Shown here piece by piece: positions 53,587-61,796 of a stretch of 64,000 bases of DNA. How positions within the stretch are numbered: position 1 is the first letter of the stretch; each line of letters starts with the position of its first letter. The notes below the pieces were generated by a model. It was given only the letters and a program-made list of their open reading frames with translations, was not told the origin of the DNA and made no database searches. The position numbers were made by a program, and so were the translations under genes. Origin of the DNA: Coleofasciculus chthonoplastes F2-STO-03 (lineage in GTDB: Bacteria; Cyanobacteriota; Cyanobacteriia; Cyanobacteriales; Coleofasciculaceae); NCBI GenBank assembly GCA_040222015.1, contig JAVJWO010000211.1, positions 1 to 64,000 on the forward strand, in the 5' to 3' direction.

Positions 53587-55292
53587 ACGCTTACCTGGTT
53601 TTAGACGAAAAGCCAATCCGAATTGACCAGAAGCTGAAAACATTAAGTCAGTACGTGCAACAGTATCCCTCTGGATGGAAGAAACGGTTGGAATTGGCGA
53701 ATCTGCTATACGCAATGGGTTCCATTGAGCAGGCGGTTGAGGAGTATCGCCAAGTGATTTCGCGGCAACCCCTATTGATTGAGGTACGGTTGAAGTTGGG
53801 GAAACTCTTACAGCTCATGGGACAAGAGGTTGAGGCAATAGCGGTTTATGAGAGTGCCTTGCCCTTGGTTCGCAATCAGGCGACTCGGCAGCATATTGGT
53901 GGATTGATAGCCGTTTGTAGAGGTGACAGTCAGTCAGCAAGTCAGGCTTTTGAGTCAGCGGCTTCCCTGGAACCTGACAATGCGGCTCACTGGCTGGCGT
54001 TGGGGCAGGTGCAGATGGGGAGGGAGGATGGGGTTGCAGCTTTGCGAGTGTTTGATACGGTTTTGTCACTGAACCCGGATGATATTGTAGCGCTGATTGG
54101 CAGCTATGATGCGAGTCGGGCAGTGGGGAATGTTCGGGAAGCGCAGCGGCGGTTGAGCAGAGTGCTAGAGTTGGCTCCTGGTGATTTCCGGGCGCTCAAA
54201 CGACTGGCGGATATTCGTTGCCGGACGAGATTGGTATCCGGTGAAGAGGGGAAGCAAACCAAACAGATCATTAGTTGTGTTCTGCAACTGGCTCCTGATG
54301 CGGCAGATGCCCATGAGTTACTGGCATATTATCACCTTTTCCGAAAGGAGTGGGCGAAAGGGGTAGGGGTGTTGGAACAGTTTACTAAGGAACACCCGAA
54401 TAATCCGAGGGGTTGGTATTACTTTGGGCGGTGCTTGTTCCAGATGGGGGAATATCAGAGGGCGGCTGAGGTGATGCTGAAGGCTTATCGTCTGTATCCC
54501 CAAGATTGTGAAATTTATCGGGCGTTGTGTGAGATTTTGCCTGTAACCTCTCCATCTACCCCTCTCGATCCCCCCCAGCCCCCTAATCCCCCCTGCTTGG
54601 TAAGGGGGGACGTTAGAAACAGGGGGGAGTCAGAGGAGGCAACGCTTTCTAACTGCACGGGGGGAACTCCTCTCAAAGTCCCCCTTTTTAAGGGGGATTT
54701 AGGGGGATCTAACCGTCAAGTAACCCTTGCATCAATAGTAAAAGAGATGCTGGAGCGGTTTCCTGAGCGCTGGAGTGTTTGGACGACGGCGGGGCGGGTG
54801 CTGGTGGAAAGCTTTCAGGCAGTTGAGCGGGGGTGTAGTGTCTCTCTTCAGGGAACGCAACTTCAGCCGCAGTTGCCGGATGCTTGGTTTTGTCATGGGC
54901 GGGTGTTGGCGCTGGCGGGGAAATACGGAGAGGCGATAGAGGCGTTGCAGCATGGATGGCAGTTGTTGCCCCAAGAGGGGAGTTATCTGCAATCGGTGTC
55001 TGCGGCGGTGTGGCTGGGGGAAAGTTATCGGGTGTTGGAGGATGAGGTGGCGAGTCGGAAATGGTTGGAGGAGGCTTGTCAGTTTGCTCAGGAATTGATG
55101 GAGTTTGACCCAGCGATGGCTTGTTACTGGCAAGGGAGAGCGTTGTTGGGGTTGGGAGATATCAAGGGCGCAGTAGAGGCGTATCGAAGTGGGTTGAGTC
55201 AGCGGTTGCTCTACCCTTTTCGTGGGGAGGTTGAGTCGGCTGTGAAACGGTTGAAAGGTAGGGGACGAAAGGGTTCTCGTGCTAAAGCGTAG
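53526..55292 (+). CDS. Tetratricopeptide repeat protein overlapping the ECF gene
   Basis: Multiple TPR units; in-frame palindromic repeat insertion ~54548-54710. Confidence 0.9.
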   Translation: MSRNTALRMVSLTLSSGVELNAYLVLDEKPIRIDQKLKTLSQYVQQYPSGWKKRLELANLLYAMGSIEQAVEEYRQVISRQPLLIEVRLKLGKLLQLMGQEVEAIAVYESALPLVRNQATRQHIGGLIAVCRGDSQSASQAFESAASLEPDNAAHWLALGQVQMGREDGVAALRVFDTVLSLNPDDIVALIGSYDASRAVGNVREAQRRLSRVLELAPGDFRALKRLADIRCRTRLVSGEEGKQTKQIISCVLQLAPDAADAHELLAYYHLFRKEWAKGVGVLEQFTKEHPNNPRGWYYFGRCLFQMGEYQRAAEVMLKAYRLYPQDCEIYRALCEILPVTSPSTPLDPPQPPNPPCLVRGDVRNRGESEEATLSNCTGGTPLKVPLFKGDLGGSNRQVTLASIVKEMLERFPERWSVWTTAGRVLVESFQAVERGCSVSLQGTQLQPQLPDAWFCHGRVLALAGKYGEAIEALQHGWQLLPQEGSYLQSVSAAVWLGESYRVLEDEVASRKWLEEACQFAQELMEFDPAMACYWQGRALLGLGDIKGAVEAYRSGLSQRLLYPFRGEVESAVKRLKGRGRKGSRAKA

Positions 55293-55309
55293 ATACCTCG
55301 AAAAAAATA

Positions 55310-55356
55310 GCCTCTAACTCGAAAAATTCAGAAATTGACCTGTGGAATCGTCTTAT
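55310..55356 (+). promoter_or_regulatory. ECF-like promoter repeat, copy 1
   Basis: GCCTCTAACTCGAAAAATTCAGAAATTG-N8-AATCGTCTT; ATTCAGA-N16-CGTC geometry. Confidence 0.7.
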
Positions 55357-55686
55357 AGGTGTAGAGACGGAAGACACTCACCTTGATTTAATTCAGGAGT
55401 CGAGAGAACATCACTCCTTTAACCACATTCCGACTACTTGCCTAACCTCTGCTATTTAGTATTTAAAACAGCAGAAATACTGAGAATTAATCCGAGCTTT
55501 TTATTTTTGAGTTTGGGTTAATTTTCATTTGATCACTTTAGATATTTAGAGTAAATTAAAGTTTATGTAAATTCTAGATTTTAACCTTGACATTTATATT
55601 ACTTGTCAATTACCTTTAAAAAAGGTTGAAGATAAAAACTCAACCGACAAAACAAGTAAACCTAGTAAAAAAGGAGAGAAAGGAAG

Positions 55687-55716
55687 ATGTTTATTCGTTG
55701 GTTCCGTAGGTTTTAA
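55687..55716 (+). CDS. Micro-ORF MFIRWFRRF
   Basis: Purine-rich RBS (AAGGAGAGAAAGGAAG); paralog at 52444. Confidence 0.6.
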   Translation: MFIRWFRRF

Positions 55717-55904
55717 AAATCAATTCTGATCGGAAATCCATCAGTAATTGAAAATTGATGTAGGGTGGGCACTGCCGTCAGCGCCTACCCTACATCTTTT
55801 GTTGCTGACCTCAACTCGATGACAAAATTTGGTGCAATGGGTAGAAATTAGACTTCTCGTGCTTGAAGTAGGTTTGATGGGGTGCATCGAGTTGGGAAAA
55901 AACT

Positions 55905-55949
55905 GCCTCTAACTCGAAAAATTCAGAAATTGCTTTTTGAAATCGTTTT
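55905..55949 (+). promoter_or_regulatory. ECF-like promoter repeat, copy 2 (directly upstream of the protease gene)
   Basis: Same 28-bp core, variable spacer, AATCGTTTT. Confidence 0.7.
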
Positions 55950-55988
55950 CTTAATGTAAGGAAATCGACTCTAAAAAGAGGAGAAAAA

Positions 55989-56528
55989 ATGCCCCTAACA
56001 CCATTGAAACAAATTCAGCAAGACACATGGCTTCACTGCGGAGGAGGTCCTGCACGCAACGGTGTTTGTTACTATATGTGTAACTTCATTGAGAGTGACA
56101 AAGGTCCTTGGAATAACCCAGGCTCGTTCGCTAATGCAGTCACAGCGGCACAAAACTTTGCAAGTGGGACAGCAATGATGAATTACGCGAAAGCGCAGAA
56201 CTTAAGAGTAGCTCCACAACAACAATATCAAACTGTGCCGGGCGCATTAGTAACGAACCGTATATACCGCGCTGGGTTATGGGTAGGATCTAACCCGCCA
56301 GCTTCGGGAGATGGGAACCACGAAATAATAATTGTCACCGGAAATAACGACGACATAATTTATTTTGAACCCAACTTTGGGTTCTATCAAGCAAGCAACC
56401 CTGGGTTTAACAATCGGCAAGCCTTGGAGTATTTCATTAACCAACAATACACTGGAACGCCAGTGGCTAACTTCCGCTATTACAATGTGCGAAGTAACTC
56501 CTCAGCCACTCCGAAGGGTTTTAACTAA
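55989..56528 (+). CDS. YopT/AvrPphB (C58)-like papain-fold cysteine protease, stand-alone
   Basis: NGVCYYM (Cys), GNHEIII (His), YFEPNFG (acidic residue in the F.PN.G motif); GAGGAG RBS. Confidence 0.65.
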   Translation: MPLTPLKQIQQDTWLHCGGGPARNGVCYYMCNFIESDKGPWNNPGSFANAVTAAQNFASGTAMMNYAKAQNLRVAPQQQYQTVPGALVTNRIYRAGLWVGSNPPASGDGNHEIIIVTGNNDDIIYFEPNFGFYQASNPGFNNRQALEYFINQQYTGTPVANFRYYNVRSNSSATPKGFN

Positions 56529-56640
56529 CGAGGAGAGATCAAGCGAAAGCCCAAACTACAGGAAGAATAATAACGCAGATCGCACTTGGTAGAGTTTGAG
56601 AATAGGGTGATCGCTTGTCAGAATTATTAGTTAGGAAAAC

Positions 56641-56665
56641 AGGGGGGCAATTGCCCCTCTTTTTC
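56641..56665 (+). terminator. Intrinsic terminator after the protease gene
   Basis: GGGGCAATTGCCCC hairpin plus T-tract. Confidence 0.6.
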
Positions 56666-56890
56666 ATTTGAAGGAAGGCGATATCCTGCTCTCAGGGAAG
56701 TTGAGGAAGCTGCGAAACAATTAGAACCTATGCTGTCGAAGGCTTCTCGTTCTTGAGGTTAGTTTCACTGTTAGGACTTACGCAGCTGCTCTAGATGTAG
56801 GGTGGGCAATGCCCACCTTACTACTATGCATAGTGTTAAAAAAGTAAATTTGCGTAAGTCCTGACTGTGTACATTGAGTTAGAGAAAAAA

Positions 56891-56937
56891 GCCTCTAACT
56901 CAAAAAATTCAGAAATTGATGACTGAAATCGTCTTAT
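56891..56937 (+). promoter_or_regulatory. ECF-like promoter repeat, copy 3 (upstream of the ABC exporter)
   Basis: GCCTCTAACTCAAAAAATTCAGAAATTG-N8-AATCGTCTT. Confidence 0.7.
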
Positions 56938-57024
56938 AAGTGGACAGGCGAAAGGAAGAAAATCCAATCACTCCCCTGCCTCCCTGCTCCAAGAACTCCC
57001 TCACCTCCTTCTTCACAGAACAAT

Positions 57025-57094
57025 CCGACTTTTCCGACTTTACGATCCGACTTTTCCGACTGACAGGGGCTAGGGCGGGGAGTGATGATGGAGA
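57025..57094 (+). promoter_or_regulatory. CCGAC-repeat operator/promoter block, copy 2
   Basis: CCGAC at 57025, 57034, 57047 and 57056. Confidence 0.75.
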
Positions 57095-57242
57095 AAAGAA
57101 TGCAGTCTATCAAACAGATTATTTATGACTAAAAATAACTGTAGGGTGGGCATTGCCCACCCTAATTAATAAGAAGGCTATCCAAATTAAGACTCCCAAA
57201 GTAAAAGTATAAATTGTGCCTCTATACTAACTCCCCTAACCT

Positions 57243-58910
57243 ATGGAACTGATTTGGTTCTTCAAAACCCTAAAAAAATACATTGCCGACTACAAATGGC
57301 AATTCTTTTTACTCTTTATCTGCCTAATATTCGACGCCGCCTTTGACTCAATCTTCCGAGCCAGTTTAAAATTTATCATCGACGCCGCCATCGTTCCCCA
57401 AAACTACAGACTTCTAATTCTCATCCTATCCTTGCTCGTCGTCGGAGCCTTTTTATATATCTGCATCGGCATACTCGGACTTTCCCTCGGCGCACGTTTA
57501 GGCATTGCCATCACCAACAATATCCGATACTCTCTATTCGAGCATCTGCAAAACCTTTCCATGGAATTTTTCGGACGGCGTTCCGCCGGGGATATTGTCA
57601 AATGCCTCATGTCCGATGTCCAGAAGGTGGAAAACGGTGTCATTACCATGGGACTAACCGTGGTTATTCTAGTACTGTGTAACCTGCTGTTTGCCATAAT
57701 TTTCCTCTTCTTACTCAATTGGCAATTAGCCCTACTCAGTTTAATTGGGTTAACCCTGTGCGCCATTGCCCCAGCCAAAATTGCCAGCCTCGCCACCAAC
57801 GCCGGTTATCAGTTATTACAAAAAGAAGGACAAATTGCCAACGTTGTCGAAGAGAATATCCTCTCCCAAGCCGTTGTTAAGATATTCGGACTAGAAAGCC
57901 GAATGTCCCAGGAGTTTTCCGTCCATCTAAATGCCTTAAAACAAATCTATATCCGGGCAACCTTTCTCTCCTACTTAACTCACAAAATCCCTATGGTGGG
58001 TTTTGTCCTGACGCAGATTGTAGTTTTAAGTATCGGGGCAGTCATGACCTACCAGGGTATCATTTCAGTAGGGACTCTTGCCTCCTTTCAAGTCTTCTTA
58101 CTCGGATTGAATCTCAACATCCTCGGCTTATCTTCATCAATCCCTATGTTTATCGAAGGCGTAGCAGGGCTGCAACGCATCAGCGACATCTTATCAGAAA
58201 CTCCTGCAATTAAAGATGCACCAGATGCGATAGACTTACCTCACTTTGAGAGTGAAATTTACTTTGACGATGTTACCTTTAATTACTCTTCTGAAAGAAG
58301 TGGAATCAAAAATCTATCCCTAAAGATTCGCCAAGGAGACTTTGCCGTATTTGTCGGTGCTTCTGGCGCGGGAAAAAGTACAATTATCAACTTACTGATG
58401 CGATTTTATGACCCGGATAAAGGACGCATTCTGTTTGATGGCGTTGATTTGCGTCATGCCACAGTACGCTCCCTCCGTTCTCAAATTGGACTGGTTTCTC
58501 AGGATGTGATTCTATTTAACTGTTCCGTGCGAGAAAATATCCGCATGGGCTATTTAGACGCCACGGATGAACAAGTGGAAGCCGCCGCCAAAGCCGCCGA
58601 AATTCACAAGTTTATTTTGTCCTTACCCCAAGGCTACGACACCCCAGTAGGAGACAGAGGCGGACAGTTATCCGGGGGACAACGGCAACGAATCGCCTTA
58701 GCCAGGGCGCTGGTGAGAGATCCCGCGATTCTGATTCTGGATGAAGCAACATCCGCCCTCGATCCCGCGACGGAAGCGGAAATCCTCGCCACTATTGAGC
58801 GTATCACCCAAGACCGCACCGTAATTTTCATCACCCACCGCATGGCTCATGCGATGCGTGCGGATGTCATGTACGTGCTGGAAAACGGCGGCTTGGTGGT
58901 GAGTGGGTGA
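57243..58910 (+). CDS. ABC exporter (TM plus ATPase, no C39 domain)
   Basis: 6 TM helices, GASGAGKS, LSGGQRQR, LDEATSALD. Confidence 0.93.
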   Translation: MELIWFFKTLKKYIADYKWQFFLLFICLIFDAAFDSIFRASLKFIIDAAIVPQNYRLLILILSLLVVGAFLYICIGILGLSLGARLGIAITNNIRYSLFEHLQNLSMEFFGRRSAGDIVKCLMSDVQKVENGVITMGLTVVILVLCNLLFAIIFLFLLNWQLALLSLIGLTLCAIAPAKIASLATNAGYQLLQKEGQIANVVEENILSQAVVKIFGLESRMSQEFSVHLNALKQIYIRATFLSYLTHKIPMVGFVLTQIVVLSIGAVMTYQGIISVGTLASFQVFLLGLNLNILGLSSSIPMFIEGVAGLQRISDILSETPAIKDAPDAIDLPHFESEIYFDDVTFNYSSERSGIKNLSLKIRQGDFAVFVGASGAGKSTIINLLMRFYDPDKGRILFDGVDLRHATVRSLRSQIGLVSQDVILFNCSVRENIRMGYLDATDEQVEAAAKAAEIHKFILSLPQGYDTPVGDRGGQLSGGQRQRIALARALVRDPAILILDEATSALDPATEAEILATIERITQDRTVIFITHRMAHAMRADVMYVLENGGLVVSG

Positions 58911-59221
58911 CACACAGATTTTTCCGGGTATAGCAGTAGACAGATCGATTAGGACTTTCGGCACCATTGTAGAGACGTTCCATGGAACGTCTCTACATAA
59001 ATGATGAGGTGACTTCAGGTTCAAGTCGTGAGTAGATTGGCAACAGAGCCATTACAGCAGTTTGCTCTGCTATGCGGTACATTGTCGATCCCCCTCGCAT
59101 CCCCCTTTTTAAGGGGGACTTTTATTTACTGTACTTTATTACAGCGCAAAGCGCTGTATCTTGAATCATTAGGGCTAAATCTGTCACAATATACTAAGTA
59201 AACGTTCCCATCAATGCCGTT

Positions 59222-60100
59222 ATGCGCCAAACACACATCAGATTTGATTGGGCGATTAAAAAATTACTGAGAAACAAAGCTAATTATGGTGTTTTGGCAG
59301 GTTTCTTGAGTGAGTTATTGGGGAAACCAATCAAGATCCAATCAATACTCGAAGGTGAAAGCAATCAACAAGCGGAGGATGACAAGCTAAATCGAGTCGA
59401 TATTCTGGCTGAAAATGACCAGGGGGAATTGATTCTCATTGAAGTGCAAAACAATACAGAGCAAGATTATTTCCATCGGATGCTCTATGGCACTGCGAGA
59501 TTAATTACTGACTTCCTGGAAAAAGGGGAGCCTTATGGGAAGGTCAAAAAAGTTTATTCAGTGAATGTCGTATACTTTTCTCTGGGACAGGGAGATGATT
59601 ATATTTACAAAGGAAAATTAGATTTTTGTGGTCTTCACTTAGAAGACAGGTTGGGTCTATCAATAAACCAGCAGAAGCTGTTTAATATCAAAGACGTCTC
59701 TGAGATTTTTCCCGAATATTATGTGATTAAAGTCAACAATTTTAACGACATAGCAAAAACAACCTTAGACGAATGGATATATTTCTTGAAAAAGAGCCAA
59801 ATCAAAGATGAATTTACAGCCCAAGGTTTAGCGGAAGCGAAGGAAAATTTACTCGTCGATAGCTTGAGCGAAGAAGAAAGAGCGAACTACCTGAGATTTA
59901 TGGAGAATCAGCGTTATGAAATCAGCCTGATAGAAGGTTCGCGTTCAGAGGGAAGATTAGAGGGAATTGAGGAGGGTATAGAGCAAGGCAAACAGCAAGC
60001 AAAGATTAACATAGCCAGAATCTTAAAACAAAAAGGGACTGATATTGACACAATCACAGAAGCAACAGGACTTACTAGAGAAGAGATTGAGAAACTGTAG
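59222..60100 (+). CDS. Rpn/PD-(D/E)XK nuclease family protein
   Basis: DWAIKKL, RVDILA..LIEVQ, EG.EEG.EQG repeats and C-terminal HTH. Confidence 0.9.
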   Translation: MRQTHIRFDWAIKKLLRNKANYGVLAGFLSELLGKPIKIQSILEGESNQQAEDDKLNRVDILAENDQGELILIEVQNNTEQDYFHRMLYGTARLITDFLEKGEPYGKVKKVYSVNVVYFSLGQGDDYIYKGKLDFCGLHLEDRLGLSINQQKLFNIKDVSEIFPEYYVIKVNNFNDIAKTTLDEWIYFLKKSQIKDEFTAQGLAEAKENLLVDSLSEEERANYLRFMENQRYEISLIEGSRSEGRLEGIEEGIEQGKQQAKINIARILKQKGTDIDTITEATGLTREEIEKL

Positions 60101-60495
60101 CGCTTCTAGATGAAACTAGCGCTTACTTATTGGAAGCGGGCTAAATGATAGTAGACATTATGCCCACCAGTTTTTTGGGGCGAGGTAATAAGTAGTCGGA
60201 CAAAAGAAAACGGCACGCTCATGAACTTTTGTAATCCTTGTCGGGCATCCGTTGTAGAGAAAGGCAATCTGAAGGAAGGGGGGGAAAGCGATCGCGTGTG
60301 ACAATTGCGTAAGTCTTGAGCTCAAATCATTTTAATTTATTTTGGCAACAAAGAGCGAGCGCTTCCCACAAATGTCAAACAATGTCGGAAAATGTCGGTA
60401 AAATTATTGTCCTAGGTCATCCTCTTAATGGGACTTATCATAGGGACACGATATGTCGTGTCCCTACAGATAGGGCATTTTGAATAGGTGGATAC

Positions 60496-60861
60496 CTAAC
60501 GCGCTGCTTTAGCTCTAGATGTCTCCGGCGGCATACTCTCCAAACTGAGAGGCACCATATCGCCGTTAAACGTCAATCCTAATAACATCGGTTCCTGGGG
60601 TTGAATAAACTTGCCCGTGAGTACACACCGCTCTTCTTGCTGGGCGGTGGCGGGAATGCTGGCTCTGATATCGTAGACCGAAAAGTTAGGTCGATAATCG
60701 CCCAATTTCTGCTGAACATAGTTCCAGAGGATATCTCGAATTAGGGCTTGATAGCCTTGGTTGCCAGATAGATCTTTGAGCTTCTCCTTTAACTCTCTCT
60801 CCAAGCGGATGCTGGTGACTTCCATGTCAGTGGTTGAAGTCCTAGGCGCAGTACGTATCAT
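60496..60861 (-). CDS. Ribbon-helix-helix repressor, TrcR-like
   Basis: VTSIRLERELKEKLK..GYQALIRDIL RHH; divergent from an HNH/alr0857-like operon, as I recall for Anabaena trcR. Confidence 0.7.
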   Translation of the reverse strand: MIRTAPRTSTTDMEVTSIRLERELKEKLKDLSGNQGYQALIRDILWNYVQQKLGDYRPNFSVYDIRASIPATAQQEERCVLTGKFIQPQEPMLLGLTFNGDMVPLSLESMPPETSRAKAAR

Positions 60862-60891
60862 GTTTTTTTCCTCAACTATGTGGACAGGTTC

Positions 60892-60909
60892 GTAATACAA
60901 GTGTAGTAT
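60892..60909. promoter_or_regulatory. Candidate RHH operator GTAATAC-AAGT-GTAGTAT
   Basis: Tandem GTARTA units in the divergent promoter. Confidence 0.45.
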
Positions 60910-60941
60910 GTAAAAAGCAGTATTGAAACAAATTACCTCCT

Positions 60942-61178
60942 GTGAGCCTTCATCGATCCTTCTCCACCCCTTGCCCTGATACCAGTCGCCTCGGCGATTG
61001 GCAGTCAGCAGGTTTGTCGGTGGAGTTTTTTATTGGGGATGGATATGGCTCGATAGAACAGGATACAGCCCAAATCAGAACTCTATATAACTCTGACGTC
61101 GAGAATTTAACCAGTATCAATCCAAAACCAGATCACAACAGCGGGAAGTACAGGCGCATCCAAGCCGTACCGATATAG
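60942..61178 (+). CDS. 78-aa leader ORF (paralog 50141-50377)
   Basis: Frame kept open in both copies with an invariant C-terminus (YRRIQAVPI); coding status uncertain. Confidence 0.4.
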   Translation: MSLHRSFSTPCPDTSRLGDWQSAGLSVEFFIGDGYGSIEQDTAQIRTLYNSDVENLTSINPKPDHNSGKYRRIQAVPI

Positions 61179-61261
61179 GACGAGAAAACCATACCGTTTT
61201 TCAACTCCCCCGCTCTGACTCAAACAGCAGCGGGGGTTTCTGATACCAAGGAGTAAAAAGC

Positions 61262-61780
61262 GTGACGAGTGTAACTAAAGGATTAAGGTGTTCAGTGGTG
61301 GTGTTTTCCAAGAACTACCTCCCTCTGAGTCGAGTCAACATGAAGCGGGCGGTGACGCTTCTGGTGACTGGGAAAGCCGAACCGCTAGATTGGTGTAAGA
61401 GTCAAGGCTATCCAGTGCATTCACCCAGCTTAGTCTTACTGGTTCCCGAACAGATTCGCTTGACCAAAGCCAATAGCGATCGCGTCTGGAAAGTCCCGCC
61501 CGTAAATCGCCGGGAAGTCTTACGTCGAGACAAGCATCGTTGCCAATACTGTGGTAGCCCCAAACGGCTCACCCTCGACCATGTTATCCCCCGTTCTAAG
61601 GGCGGAAACCATCGTTGGGACAATGTAGTTACTGCCTGCCAACGGTGCAATAGTCAAAAAGGCGATCGCACGCCTGAGCAAGCGGGAATGACTCTACTCA
61701 CCCAGCCCAAAGCGCCTATGCATCCCACTGTAGCTTTTGCCGAACAGTTCTGGCGCGAACAGCACGTCCACCTGGAATAA
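61262..61780 (+). CDS. HNH endonuclease
   Basis: RDKHRCQYCG..LTLDHVIPRSKGG..WDNVVTACQRCN. Confidence 0.93.
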   Translation: MTSVTKGLRCSVVVFSKNYLPLSRVNMKRAVTLLVTGKAEPLDWCKSQGYPVHSPSLVLLVPEQIRLTKANSDRVWKVPPVNRREVLRRDKHRCQYCGSPKRLTLDHVIPRSKGGNHRWDNVVTACQRCNSQKGDRTPEQAGMTLLTQPKAPMHPTVAFAEQFWREQHVHLE

Positions 61781-61796
61781 TAGGAGATATCAGGTC

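Noticed and set aside
55301..56940. Three ~45-bp repeats as a CRISPR array
   Set aside because: Spaced ~600-1000 bp apart, non-palindromic, no cas genes; promoter-like instead
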